From an uncultured Chloroflexia bacterium (GTDB lineage: Bacteria > Chloroflexota > Anaerolineae > Anaerolineales > Anaerolineaceae): a DNA stretch of 32,000 nucleotides. The notes below the pieces were generated by a model. It made no database searches. It was given only the letters and a program-made list of their open reading frames with translations, and was not told where the DNA came from. The position numbers and the translations under genes were made by a program. Below, in pieces: positions 8,280 through 16,893 of the stretch (position 1 is its first letter; each line of letters starts with the position of its first letter). The DNA lies in NCBI GenBank assembly GCA_963704755.1, contig OY969938.1:960001-992000 (forward strand), written 5' to 3'.

Positions 8280-9815
8280 CTAGAAGCTGATTTTGCCGCG
8301 CTCGGCCAGCACCTCGCGCAGATCGTACTCCAATTCCAGCGACCTGGCTTCCAGGTCGGAAATCCGGGCGGTCATCTTCTCGGCTTCGGCTTTGTCGTCC
8401 AGCCCGTTCAGGTTGATGCGCACGTTGAAGGCCGCACATTCCAGCGCCGCCCGCGCCAGGGTGACCGCCGAGCCGGCGTCGCTGATCGCGTTGGTGTTGC
8501 CGATGCGGGCAACATCCAGGGCCAATACCTGCAAATCCAGCATCCGCGCAGCGCCTGCCAGCGGCACGCGGGCGGCCTCCAGGGTCGCCGCCTGAATGGC
8601 CACAGCCCGCACCTGGGACTGTTCAGGGGTGTCTTTGGGCAGCTTGAAGGCCGCCATGACCGCTTCGAAGGCCTGCGAGTCCTCCTGAATGCCCTGTAGA
8701 AACTCCAACCGCATGGCCTCGGCCTTCTCTAAGATGCCTTTGGCCTCCTCGGCCACGTTTTCGTATTTCTTTTTGCCAATCGTCAGGCGCGCCACCATGC
8801 TGACCAACGCGGCCGCCACCGCGGCCGTATGGGCCGCGGCCGAGCCCCCACCGGGAGTGGGACTGGCGCTGGCCAGCGCGTCCATGAAATCGGGTTCCGC
8901 CTGGGGCGCCTGGTCGCGCATTAATTCCATCAGGCGTGATTCGAGCACCTGGTCAGGCGCAAACTGATCCAATTGCAGGTACCAGACGGCCGCCTCCGTG
9001 AGGGCCTCCTGCGGGATCAGTCCAACCAGCTCGGAATGATGAATGGCAGTCCCATAGCGCTGGGCTTCGCGCCTTACAAGCTCGACCACCCGGGCAATCG
9101 GTGTCTGGCGATAATTGGTCAGGTTCATCGACACCTGCGCCAGGCCGTCCACCAGCACCCCCATGGCCTTGACGTAGTGCATCCCGCCGGACGAGTTGCG
9201 GATGGCCTTGGCGATTTTCTGGGCAATGGCCGTGTCGGAGGTGGTCAAATAGACGTTAAACGCGATCAAAGGCTGGCGGGCGCCGATCACGGTCGCGCCG
9301 GCCGGACCAACTTTCGCCGGGCCAAAATCCGGGTCGCGCTCCGGGATGACCCCCAGCTCTTCCTTGAGAGCTTCGTATTGTCCGCGGCGAATATTCTCCA
9401 GATTGTGCCGTTCGGGCCGGGTAGCAGCTTCTTCGTACAGGTAGACCGGGATCGCCAGGGTATCCCCTACTCGTTGACCCAGGCGTTGGGCCATTTGGAT
9501 GCACTCGGCCATGCTGACTTCGCTGATCGGCACAAAGGGCACCACGTCGGTGGCGCCGATACGCGGATGTGCGCCCGTGTGCCGGTCCAGGTCGATCAAT
9601 TCGGCTGCTTTGGCAATCGCCTGATAGGCGGCTTCTTCAGCAGCGGCCGGCGGACCGACAAAGGTGATCACCGTGCGATTGTGGTCCAGGTCCGAATGGC
9701 GATCGAGGATGTGAATTTGGGGTACGGCTTGGATGGCCGCTAAAATCGCCTCGACTACTTCGGGGCGGCGAGCTTCCGAAAAATTGGGGATACATTCCAC
9801 TAACGGTGCAGGCAT
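8280..9815 (-). CDS. ftcD: Glutamate formimidoyltransferase fused to formimidoyl-THF cyclodeaminase (FtcD-like)
   Basis: N-terminal LVECIPNFSEARR... and HPRIGATDVVPFVP are typical of the formiminotransferase domain. The C-terminal ~200 aa is helical and cyclodeaminase-like (PTPGGGSAAAHTAAVAAALVSMVARLT). ATG 9815 is preceded by GAGG; the track uses GTG 9821. Confidence 0.85.
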   Translation of the reverse strand: MPAPLVECIPNFSEARRPEVVEAILAAIQAVPQIHILDRHSDLDHNRTVITFVGPPAAAEEAAYQAIAKAAELIDLDRHTGAHPRIGATDVVPFVPISEVSMAECIQMAQRLGQRVGDTLAIPVYLYEEAATRPERHNLENIRRGQYEALKEELGVIPERDPDFGPAKVGPAGATVIGARQPLIAFNVYLTTSDTAIAQKIAKAIRNSSGGMHYVKAMGVLVDGLAQVSMNLTNYRQTPIARVVELVRREAQRYGTAIHHSELVGLIPQEALTEAAVWYLQLDQFAPDQVLESRLMELMRDQAPQAEPDFMDALASASPTPGGGSAAAHTAAVAAALVSMVARLTIGKKKYENVAEEAKGILEKAEAMRLEFLQGIQEDSQAFEAVMAAFKLPKDTPEQSQVRAVAIQAATLEAARVPLAGAARMLDLQVLALDVARIGNTNAISDAGSAVTLARAALECAAFNVRINLNGLDDKAEAEKMTARISDLEARSLELEYDLREVLAERGKISF

Positions 9816-9948
9816 AGTCACCTCATCATCATGAGATTGGGTTGCCTGCGCTCCAATCCACCGGGAAGGCCAGGCGTCCGCCTGAAATTATCCGGTTGAG
9901 CCGGGCAACCAGGGTAAATTATAATCATAAGCGAGGCTGCTGAAAAAG

Positions 9949-10003
9949 CTCAATTTTGAGTTGGTCGCGGAAGACAGGCCTCCGCGACCAACTCAAAATT
10001 GAG
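9949..10003. repeat. Perfect inverted repeat, 23-bp arms, 9-nt loop
   Basis: CTCAATTTTGAGTTGGTCGCGGA ... TCCGCGACCAACTCAAAATTGAG. Sits in the divergent region between ftcD (-) and the SRAP gene (+). Followed by the 12-bp palindrome CTGCCCGGGCAG (10006-10017). Confidence 0.95.
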
Positions 10004-10073
10004 ACCTGCCCGGGCAGACTTTATTCGAAAATAATTATCGCATGGCTCTACAATGAGCCAGAGGAGCGTATTT

Positions 10074-10742
10074 ATGTGTGGACGATTTACGATCATGATG
10101 ATGCCCAACGAGCTGATCGAGGCATTCGACCTGGAGAATATTTCGACCGAGTGGGTACCGCGCTATAACGTGGCGCCATCCCAACCGGTCATGGTGATTA
10201 CCGATCCGCGCACCCGCAGCCTGGACTATATGCTGTGGGGACTGGTACCCTCCTGGGCCAGGGATATTTCCATCGGCAGCCGGCTGATCAATGCCCGCGC
10301 CGAAACGATCACCGAAAAGCCCTCCTTTCGCACCGCTTTTCGCCGGCGGCGCTGTCTGATCCTGGCCGACGGCTTTTACGAATGGAACAAGGCCAACAAA
10401 GCCAGGGGCATCAGTGCCCAACCTTTCTATTTTCAGGTCAACGGCGGCAAACCCTTCGCCTTCGCCGGCCTGTGGGAAATTTGGGAATCCCCCGAAGGGG
10501 ACGTGCTGAAATCCTGCACGATCATCACCACCCAGGCCAACGAACTGGTGGCGCCGGTGCATGAGCGCATGCCGGTGATTCTCACCCCCGAGACGGCCTG
10601 GGCCTGGCTGGAAGACCGGCCAGCGGCGCAGTTGCTGGAAATGCTCAAGCCCTTCCCAGCAGAGAAAATGAACGCTCACCCGGTCAGCCCGCTGGTCAAT
10701 GATTCCCGCCGCGAGGACCCGGCCATGGTCTTGCCGGTATAA
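10074..10742 (+). CDS. SOS response-associated peptidase (SRAP/YedK family, abasic-site DNA-protein crosslink)
   Basis: MCGRF N-terminus. In this family the catalytic Cys must be residue 2, so the ATG at 10074 (GAGGAG RBS 7 nt upstream) is preferred over the track start 10053. Further family-like motifs: YNVAPSQ, INARAET, RCLILADGFYEW. Confidence 0.9.
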   Translation: MCGRFTIMMMPNELIEAFDLENISTEWVPRYNVAPSQPVMVITDPRTRSLDYMLWGLVPSWARDISIGSRLINARAETITEKPSFRTAFRRRRCLILADGFYEWNKANKARGISAQPFYFQVNGGKPFAFAGLWEIWESPEGDVLKSCTIITTQANELVAPVHERMPVILTPETAWAWLEDRPAAQLLEMLKPFPAEKMNAHPVSPLVNDSRREDPAMVLPV

Positions 10743-10817
10743 GCCCTATCGATTCCTCCGGGGATGCCGGGCGGGTGCCGTCTTTAATGAAATTTAGGCC
10801 AGATTTACCCATTTGCA

Positions 10818-10846
10818 TTGACAAACCCCTTTTTCACGCATAGAAT
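10818..10846 (+). promoter_or_regulatory. Sigma70-like promoter (TTGACA - 17 nt - TAGAAT)
   Basis: TTGACA 10818-10823, 17-nt spacer, TAGAAT 10841-10846. Upstream of the hisD leader. Confidence 0.55.
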
Positions 10847-10855
10847 AATTTCATC

Positions 10856-10924
10856 ATGTTCTTGACTTGCTTGCACCATTATCATCGTCTTATTGCAAAC
10901 CTCCTCGGACGGGTGGTGTCTTAA
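10856..10924 (+). CDS. Candidate His-rich leader peptide (22 aa, MFLTCLHHYHRLIANLLGRVVS)
   Basis: ATG 10856 to TAA 10922-10924. His codons at positions 7, 8 and 10 (CAC CAT TAT CAT). Lies between the promoter and the terminator that precedes hisD. No RBS, and the ATG is only ~2-4 nt from the predicted transcription start. Confidence 0.35.
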   Translation: MFLTCLHHYHRLIANLLGRVVS

Positions 10925-10953
10925 GCTATTGAACAACCGTAGCATAATGAACT

Positions 10954-10984
10954 AAAAGCCCCCGGCCACGGGGGCTTTTTCTTT
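10954..10984 (+). terminator. Intrinsic terminator (attenuator) immediately upstream of hisD
   Basis: AAAAGCCCCCG (10954-10964) / GCCA / CGGGGGCTTTT (10969-10979), then TCTTT. Located 29 nt before the hisD ATG. Confidence 0.75.
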
Positions 10985-11012
10985 ATCCAAATTCCACCAA
11001 TTGAAGGCGATC

Positions 11013-12338
11013 ATGTTAAATATTTACGATCTCGATACTGCCCGCCAGACCATCCTCAAACGACAGCCTCCCGATGAATTCCCGGTTTCGCCGGCCGTCC
11101 TGGATGGGATCCAGCGAATGTTTGGTGAGCCGCTTACCCCCGAGCAAGCCGTCTCAGCCATCCTGAAAGATGTCCGCCAGCGCGGCGACAGCGCCTTGCA
11201 GGATTGGAGCCGCCGTCTGGACGGCTTCCAGGGCGAAACCTTCCGCGTGGCTAGTGGCGACCTGTCGGCCGCGCTGGCATCGATCCCCGCGGCCGAACGG
11301 GCCGCCCTGGAGATCAGTATCGAGCGGGTGCGCACCTTCTACAATCACCAGCCGCTCACGTCCTGGATCATACAGCAAGGCGACGGCAGCCTGGGCCAGC
11401 TCGTGCGTCCCATTCGCCGGGTGGGACTATACGTGCCGGGCGGCACCGCCCCCTTGCCTTCCACGGTGATCATGTCGGCCGTGCCTGCCCAGGTCGCCGG
11501 CGTCAAGGAGATCGTGGTGGCCGTACCGCCGCAGCGTACGACCGGCAAAGTAGCGCCGATCACCCTGGCCGCCTGCGCGCTGCTCGGCCTGGAGGAGGTC
11601 TATTCCCTGGGCGGAGCCCAGGCCATTGCGGCCCTGGCCTACGGCAGTCCATCGATCCGCCCGGTGGACAAGATCTTCGGCCCCGGCAACCTGTTCGTGA
11701 CCCTGGCCAAGCGCCAGGTCTTCGGTGTGGTCGGCATCGATGGGTTGGCCGGCCCAACTGAAACGATGGTCATTGCCGACGATACGGCCAACCCGGCCTG
11801 GGTGGCCGCCGATCTGCTGGCCCAGGCCGAACACGACGTACTCGCATCGGCCATCCTGGTGACCAATTCACCCGCCCTGGCCGAGGCCGTCCAGGTCGAG
11901 GTCGCCCGGCGGATCGAAGACCTGCCCCGGGCGGAAATCCTGGCCCAATCGCTGGCCAACCGCAGCGGCGCGGTGCTCACCCGTGACCTGGCCGAAGCCG
12001 TGGCGGTCGCCAATGCCTACGCACCCGAGCACCTGTGCCTTTCGGTCGCCGATCCGTGGCGCTGGGCAGAAAAAGTCGAGGCCGCCGGGGGCGTCTTCCT
12101 GGGCGAGTCCTCCTTCGAGGTGCTGGGCGACTACGTGGCCGGCCCCAGCCACGTGATGCCCACCAACGGCACCGCCCGCTTCGCCTCCCCGATCAACGTG
12201 TGGGACTTCGTCCACCTGATCAGCCTGATCGCGCTGGCGCCCGAGCCGGCCGCCCAGCTAAGCCGGCAGGCCGCCATCCTGGCGCGCACCGAGGGTCTGG
12301 AAGCCCACGCCCGCGCCGCCGACGCCCGGACTTTGTAG
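11013..12338 (+). CDS. hisD: Histidinol dehydrogenase
   Basis: ~441 aa. Motifs [47 protein letters not shown] 11013 is preceded by GAAGG; the track uses TTG 11001. Confidence 0.9.
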   Translation: MLNIYDLDTARQTILKRQPPDEFPVSPAVLDGIQRMFGEPLTPEQAVSAILKDVRQRGDSALQDWSRRLDGFQGETFRVASGDLSAALASIPAAERAALEISIERVRTFYNHQPLTSWIIQQGDGSLGQLVRPIRRVGLYVPGGTAPLPSTVIMSAVPAQVAGVKEIVVAVPPQRTTGKVAPITLAACALLGLEEVYSLGGAQAIAALAYGSPSIRPVDKIFGPGNLFVTLAKRQVFGVVGIDGLAGPTETMVIADDTANPAWVAADLLAQAEHDVLASAILVTNSPALAEAVQVEVARRIEDLPRAEILAQSLANRSGAVLTRDLAEAVAVANAYAPEHLCLSVADPWRWAEKVEAAGGVFLGESSFEVLGDYVAGPSHVMPTNGTARFASPINVWDFVHLISLIALAPEPAAQLSRQAAILARTEGLEAHARAADARTL

Positions 12339-12344
12339 ATTTTT

Positions 12345-12453
12345 GCCACAGATGGGCACGGATACAGACAGATACGGATTCGAGGTATTTGGGGCGAACG
12401 CCCCAAATACCTCGAATCCGAGAAAAAAATCTGTGTCCATCTGTGGCCTTTTT
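12345..12453 (+). terminator. Compound ~100-nt hairpin after hisD, ending in a T-run
   Basis: Outer stem GCCACAGATGG (12345-12355) / CCATCTGTGGC (12437-12447). Middle stem ACAGAT (12368-12373) / ATCTGT (12429-12434). Core perfect 22-bp arms 12375-12396 / 12399-12420 (CGGATTCGAGGTATTTGGGGCG). Followed by C+TTTTT (12449-12453). Confidence 0.55.
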
Positions 12454-12519
12454 CCTCAACCCCTCTGCGCCCCTACTAAAATGCAAACTGCGAATTTTAA
12501 TTTTGCCCGCCAAAACCCG

Positions 12520-12548
12520 TTGACTTTTGCCTCGGATGCTGGTATTAT
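12520..12548 (+). promoter_or_regulatory. Sigma70-like promoter (TTGACT - 17 nt - TATTAT) of the lys cluster leader
   Basis: TTGACT 12520-12525, 17-nt spacer, TATTAT 12543-12548. Confidence 0.55.
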
Positions 12549-12567
12549 CCTAGCTACCGGATCAATT

Positions 12568-12657
12568 ATGATAACTTTAGTTGAAATTCGCGCTCGTCGT
12601 AAGTTGGCTCCCACCTTCCGTTTGGGAGGGTCGGCTGGTCAACGTGTAGACGCGTAA
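12568..12657 (+). CDS. Candidate Arg/Lys-rich leader peptide (29 aa, MITLVEIRARRKLAPTFRLGGSAGQRVDA)
   Basis: ATG 12568 to TAA 12655-12657. Codons 8-12 are CGC GCT CGT CGT AAG (R A R R K, nt 12589-12603). Lies between the promoter and a strong terminator upstream of lysW. Weak RBS. Confidence 0.4.
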   Translation: MITLVEIRARRKLAPTFRLGGSAGQRVDA

Positions 12658-12701
12658 CCGGTTCGATCCGGGGCTTACCCCAGGATGTCGTTGGTAAAAC
12701 G

Positions 12702-12731
12702 AAGCTCTCCCAAATAGGGAGAGCTTTTTTT
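12702..12731 (+). terminator. Intrinsic terminator (attenuator) upstream of lysW
   Basis: AAGCTCTCCC (12702-12711) / AAATA / GGGAGAGCTT (12717-12726), with a run of 7 T (12725-12731). Located 32 nt before the lysW ATG. Confidence 0.8.
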
Positions 12732-12762
12732 ATTCATCTTTATCTAATAAGGAGATTTGATT

Positions 12763-12933
12763 ATGTCCCAAACCGCTACCTGCCCAGAATGTGAAGCTGA
12801 AATCGCACTGGATAACGTCGTACAAGGTGAAATCGTTGTCTGCCCGGATTGCGGTGTCGACCTGGAAGTAACCGCGATCGACCCGGTTGTCCTTGAGCTG
12901 GCCCCCATGGAAGAAGAGGATTGGGGTGAGTAA
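12763..12933 (+). CDS. lysW: Alpha-aminoadipate/glutamate amino-group carrier protein LysW
   Basis: Not in the ORF track (56 aa). AAGGAG RBS 12749-12754. Translation: [56 protein letters not shown]. Contains a CxxC...CxxC zinc ribbon and the conserved acidic C-terminal EDWGE tail characteristic of LysW. Confidence 0.9.
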   Translation: MSQTATCPECEAEIALDNVVQGEIVVCPDCGVDLEVTAIDPVVLELAPMEEEDWGE

Positions 12934-12946
12934 CCCCGAAAAAGCT

Positions 12947-13837
12947 ATGAAAATTGGGGTTTTGCTTTCCCGCGTCCGGGTAGAAGAAAAGATGATCTTC
13001 GAGGCGTTGGAGAAACGCGGCGTCGATTACGATCACATCGATGACCGCCAGGCCATCCTGGACTTCGATGATGCCAACGGCTGGATGAAATATTCCGCCG
13101 TCCTCGAACGGAGTATGTCCTATGCCCACGGGCTGTACGCCACCCAGATCTTCAATGCCTGGGGGATCCCGACTGTCAATATGTCCCACGTGGCTGCCCT
13201 GTGCGGTGACAAGCTGGCCACTTCCGCCTTGTTGACCAAGATGGGTATTCCCCAACCGCACATCAAGGTGGCCTTCACCCCCGAATTGGCTCTGGAAGCC
13301 ATCGAGGAAATGGGTTATCCGGTGGTGCTCAAACCGGTGATCGGCTCCTGGGGCCGGCTGCTGGCCAAGGTCAATGACCGCGACGCCGCCGAAGCCATTC
13401 TGGAGCACAAGAGTACCCTGGGATCCTACCAGCACTCGACTATTTACATCCAGGAATACATCCACAAACCTGGCCGGGATATCCGCGTGGCTGTGATCAA
13501 CGGCGAGCCGGTCTGCGCCATCTACCGCTCCTCCTCGCACTGGATCACCAATACCGCCCGCGGCGGCGACGGCGACGTCTGCCCGATCACCCCAGACATG
13601 GAAGAGCTGTGCATCCGCACGGCCCAGGCGGTCGGCGGCGGCGTGCTGGCCATCGACCTGCTCGAGGATCCCGAACGTGGCTTACTGGTCAACGAGATCA
13701 ATCACACCATGGAGTTCCATACTCTGGCGCCGACCACCGGCGTGGACATTGGCGGCCTGATCGTGGATTACACCCTCAAAGTCGCCCGCGGCGAGATTAT
13801 TCCCCAGGGGTTCCACCCCATCCAGGAGGCTGCATGA
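12947..13837 (+). CDS. lysX: LysW--alpha-aminoadipate (or glutamate) ligase, RimK-type ATP-grasp
   Basis: [25 protein letters not shown]... with ATP-grasp motifs ([27 protein letters not shown]). The ATG at 12947 follows lysW by 13 nt. The track start 12887 overlaps lysW. Confidence 0.9.
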   Translation: MKIGVLLSRVRVEEKMIFEALEKRGVDYDHIDDRQAILDFDDANGWMKYSAVLERSMSYAHGLYATQIFNAWGIPTVNMSHVAALCGDKLATSALLTKMGIPQPHIKVAFTPELALEAIEEMGYPVVLKPVIGSWGRLLAKVNDRDAAEAILEHKSTLGSYQHSTIYIQEYIHKPGRDIRVAVINGEPVCAIYRSSSHWITNTARGGDGDVCPITPDMEELCIRTAQAVGGGVLAIDLLEDPERGLLVNEINHTMEFHTLAPTTGVDIGGLIVDYTLKVARGEIIPQGFHPIQEAA

Positions 13838-14871
13838 CTCTCACGGCCTCCATCGTAGGTGCATCCGGTTACGCCGGCGGCGAGGTTTTACGCCTGCTGC
13901 TCGGCCACCCGGATATCGAAGTAAAGCAGGCCACCTCTGAACGTCACCTGGGGGAATATGTGTACCAGCAGCACCCCAACCTGCGCAAACGCACCAACCT
14001 CAAGTTCACCTCGCGGGAAACGCTGGAACCCTGCGATGTCCTCTTCCTGGCCCTGCCTCACGGCGAGAGCCAGAAATCCATCGACACTTACGCGGCCATT
14101 GCCCCCAAAATCGTGGACCTGGCCGCGGACTTCCGCCTGCGCGATAACAAGCTCTACGAAGAATTCTATGGCGAACCTCACGCTGCCCCGGACTGGTTGA
14201 GCAAGTTCGTTTACGGCTTGCCCGAGCTGCACCGGTCAGAAATGGCTACCGCATCGTATGTAAGCGGAGTGGGCTGTAACGCCACCGCTTCCAACCTGGC
14301 CCTGCTGCCCCTGGTCAAGGCCGGGCTGTTGGACGAGAGCAAAGCGATTATCGTGGATATCAAAGTCGGCTCATCTGAAGCCGGCGCCAGCCCCAACCCG
14401 GGCTCGCACCATCCTGAACGCAGCGGCGTGGTGCGCACCTTTGCCGCTTATGGCCACCGCCACACCGCCGAGGTGATCCAGGAACTGGGCCTGACTAACG
14501 TGCACCTGACCATGACCTCGGTGGACCTGGTCCGTGGTGCGCTGGCCGCCGCGCATGCCTTCGTCAAACCGGGTGTGTCGGAAAAAGACCTGTGGAAGGC
14601 CTACCGCGGCTGGGCAGCCGACGAGCCCTTCGTGCGCCTGGTCAAGGACCGCCGCGGCATCTACCGCGTACCCGAGCCGAAAATCCTGGCCGGCAGCAAC
14701 TACGCGGACGTGGGCTTCGAGTTAGACCCCAACAGTGGGCACGTGGTGGCCATGGCCGCCATCGATAACCTGATGAAAGGCGCGGCCGGTTCGGCCGTCC
14801 AATCCATGAACTTAATCTGCGGGTTCGACGAAACCGCCGGGCTCGACTTCTGCGGACTACACCCCATCTAA
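13834..14871 (+). CDS. lysY: LysW-aminoadipyl-phosphate / N-acetyl-gamma-glutamyl-phosphate reductase
   Basis: [22 protein letters not shown]... (NAD-binding GxSGYxG), active-site [12 protein letters not shown] overlap with the lysX stop (13834-13837). The track start 13609 is an out-of-context extension inside lysX. Confidence 0.9.
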   Translation: MTLTASIVGASGYAGGEVLRLLLGHPDIEVKQATSERHLGEYVYQQHPNLRKRTNLKFTSRETLEPCDVLFLALPHGESQKSIDTYAAIAPKIVDLAADFRLRDNKLYEEFYGEPHAAPDWLSKFVYGLPELHRSEMATASYVSGVGCNATASNLALLPLVKAGLLDESKAIIVDIKVGSSEAGASPNPGSHHPERSGVVRTFAAYGHRHTAEVIQELGLTNVHLTMTSVDLVRGALAAAHAFVKPGVSEKDLWKAYRGWAADEPFVRLVKDRRGIYRVPEPKILAGSNYADVGFELDPNSGHVVAMAAIDNLMKGAAGSAVQSMNLICGFDETAGLDFCGLHPI

Positions 14872-14884
14872 AAAGGAGCCGGGC

Positions 14885-15697
14885 ATGATTGTCATCAAAA
14901 TAGGCGGAGCCAGCGGGATCAACCTGGACGCGGTCTGCAAGGATGTGGCCGGGCTGGTGCAAAACGGCCAGCCGGTATTGATCGCCCACGGCGGCTCGGC
15001 CGAAACCAACGAAATCTCGACGCAACTGGGCCACCCCCCCCGCATGGTCACCTCGGTCTCCGGCTTTACCAGCCGCTACACCGACCGCACGACCATGGAA
15101 ATATTCGCCATGGTCACCAGCGGGAAAATCAATTCCCTGGTGGTCGAAAGGCTGCAGCAGGCCGGGGTAAACGCCTTTGGCCTTTCCGGCCTGGACGGGC
15201 GTGTGATGGTGGCCAGGCGCAAAGATGCCATCCGCATCGTCGAAAACGGCAAACAGCGCATCCTGCGCGACGATTTCACCGGCAAACTCGAATCGGTCAA
15301 CAGTGAGCTGCTGCAAACCCTGGTCAAAGCCGGGCTTACTCCGGTGGTCGCCCCGGTGGCAGTTTCCACCGAGGGTGAAATGCTCAACGTGGATGCCGAC
15401 CGGGCCGCCGCTTACCTGGCCGGTGGGGTTCAGGCGGACGTGCTGGTCATTTTAACCAACGTTCCGGGCCTGATGCGCAAGTTTCCGGACGAATCAACCC
15501 TGATTGCCCACATCCAGAAAAACCAGCTTGAAAAAGCGCTCGAATACGCCGAAGGACGCATGAAAAAGAAGGTCTTGGGCGCCACCGAAGCGCTCGACCT
15601 GGGCGTCCCACGAGTTATCTTTGCCGACGGCCGGGTAGAACACCCGATTGTAGACGCCCTAAATGGTAAAGGTACCGTAATATCTACGGAGAATTAA
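14885..15697 (+). CDS. lysZ: LysW-aminoadipate kinase / acetylglutamate kinase family
   Basis: 270 aa. IVIKIGGA..., LIAHGGS, LNVDADRAAA amino-acid-kinase motifs. AAGGAG RBS. Confidence 0.9.
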   Translation: MIVIKIGGASGINLDAVCKDVAGLVQNGQPVLIAHGGSAETNEISTQLGHPPRMVTSVSGFTSRYTDRTTMEIFAMVTSGKINSLVVERLQQAGVNAFGLSGLDGRVMVARRKDAIRIVENGKQRILRDDFTGKLESVNSELLQTLVKAGLTPVVAPVAVSTEGEMLNVDADRAAAYLAGGVQADVLVILTNVPGLMRKFPDESTLIAHIQKNQLEKALEYAEGRMKKKVLGATEALDLGVPRVIFADGRVEHPIVDALNGKGTVISTEN

Positions 15698-15699
15698 TC

Positions 15700-16893
15700 G
15701 TGGCCATAAAGCAAACCTTAACCGATACAAACCAAATCTTCGATATCGAAAATCAGCACACCAGCGGTGTGTATAGTAAACGCCCGGTCGCCATCGTGCG
15801 CGGAGAAGGCGCCCATATCTGGGATAGCGATGGCAACATGTACATCGACTGCGTCGGCGGCCAGGGTTCCGGCAACCTGGGACACGCCAATCTCAAGGTA
15901 GCCCAGGCCATCGCCGACCAGGCCGCCCGGATCATCTCTTGCCCGGAATTATTCTATAATCCTCAACGGGCCCTGGTCGAACAACGCTTGAGCGAACTGA
16001 CCGGTATGCCGCGGGTCTTTCTGTGCAATTCCGGCTCCGAAGCGGTCGAGGGGGCGATCAAGTTCGCCCGGCTGGCCAGCAAACGCACTGGTATCATCGC
16101 CACCATGCGCGGCTTTCACGGGCGCACCATGGGGGCCCTTTCTGCCACCTGGGAAAAGAAATACCGCGAGCCGTTCTATCCCCTGGTGCCGGACTACAGC
16201 CATATTGCCTACAACGACATGGCCGCCCTCGAAGCAGCCGTCAATGAAAGGACGGCCGCGGTGATTTTGGAAGTTGTCCAGGGCGAGGGCGGGGTCCGGC
16301 CCGGCGATCCCGAATTCCTGAGAGACGCCCAGGAAATCTGCCACGAACGCGGCGCTTTCCTGATCATCGACGAGGTCCAGACCGGCTTCGGGCGTACCGG
16401 CAAGATGTTCGCTCACCAGCATTACGACCTGAAACCCGACCTGCTCTGCCTGGCCAAATCGATCGCCGGCGGTATGCCCATGGGTGCGGTCATGATCGGC
16501 GAACGGGTTGGGGCCATTCCCCCGGCGACCCACGGCTCGACTTTCGGCGGGAACCCGCTTTCTTGCGCAGCCTCGCTGGCGGCTTTGGATGAGCTGGTCG
16601 ACAACCACCTGCCGGAACGGTCCGCGGAATTAGGCGCCTGGTTCCTGAACGAACTTCGCCAGATCCAGTCCCCTCTCATCCGCGAAGTTCGCGGGCTTGG
16701 ACTGATGGTCGGTATCGAATTGAAACAAAAAGTCACCCCCTACCTGCAAGCCTTGATGGGCAAAGGTGTGGTTGCCTTACCGGCCGGATTGACCGTAATG
16801 CGCTTCCTGCCGCCGCTGGTGATCAGCAAAGAAGATCTAACCCAGGTTGTCAGCGCCGTAAAGGAGGTCTTGACCAATGAACCAGCCCCTTGA
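15700..16893 (+). CDS. lysJ: LysW-gamma-L-lysine / acetylornithine aminotransferase (class III PLP)
   Basis: 397 aa, GTG start 2 nt after the lysZ stop. Motifs [41 protein letters not shown] (PLP Lys), [10 protein letters not shown]. Confidence 0.9.
   Translation: MAIKQTLTDTNQIFDIENQHTSGVYSKRPVAIVRGEGAHIWDSDGNMYIDCVGGQGSGNLGHANLKVAQAIADQAARIISCPELFYNPQRALVEQRLSELTGMPRVFLCNSGSEAVEGAIKFARLASKRTGIIATMRGFHGRTMGALSATWEKKYREPFYPLVPDYSHIAYNDMAALEAAVNERTAAVILEVVQGEGGVRPGDPEFLRDAQEICHERGAFLIIDEVQTGFGRTGKMFAHQHYDLKPDLLCLAKSIAGGMPMGAVMIGERVGAIPPATHGSTFGGNPLSCAASLAALDELVDNHLPERSAELGAWFLNELRQIQSPLIREVRGLGLMVGIELKQKVTPYLQALMGKGVVALPAGLTVMRFLPPLVISKEDLTQVVSAVKEVLTNEPAP

Noticed and set aside
8973-9743. 256-aa + strand ORF (also 8142..8699 and 8293..8595) opposite ftcD
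   Set aside because: These are antisense shadows of a well-supported high-GC CDS, with a Gly/Arg/His-rich low-complexity translation.
10035-10679. 214-aa - strand ORF opposite the SRAP gene
   Set aside because: Antisense shadow. The SRAP reading frame has the diagnostic MCGRF start and family motifs.
10853-10985. T-box riboswitch or other riboswitch as an explanation for the hisD leader
   Set aside because: GGGUGGU at 10911-10917 weakly resembles the T-box core. However the leader is only ~130 nt, and I cannot find Stem I, specifier-loop or K-turn features. I keep it only as an alternative to test with a covariance model.
8280-12338. Functional link between ftcD (histidine catabolism side-reaction) and hisD 1.2 kb away
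   Set aside because: No hutH/hutU/hutI genes are present. The genes are on opposite strands, separated by an unrelated SRAP gene. Proximity is most likely coincidental.
12343-12657. 104-aa + strand ORF spanning the hisD-lysW gap
   Set aside because: It reads through the compound hairpin and the predicted promoter. Only its last 29 codons (from ATG 12568) are considered, as a possible leader peptide.
12555-12735. Lysine (L-box) riboswitch upstream of lysW
   Set aside because: I could not match the leader to the conserved L-box core segments I remember, and at ~180 nt it has a different helix layout. The leader-peptide model fits the sequence better. This needs an Rfam scan to exclude properly.
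12776-13540. 254-aa - strand ORF; likewise 14642..15316 and 15949..16608 (-) across the lys cluster
   Set aside because: They are antisense to lysW/X, lysY/Z and lysJ, which form a coherent, tightly coupled operon. The translations are low-complexity.
13609-13833. 75-codon N-terminal extension of lysY in the track (and the 12887 start of lysX)
   Set aside because: The extensions lie inside the preceding genes in another frame and are Arg/Pro/Gly-rich. The conserved N-termini begin at ATG 13834 and ATG 12947.
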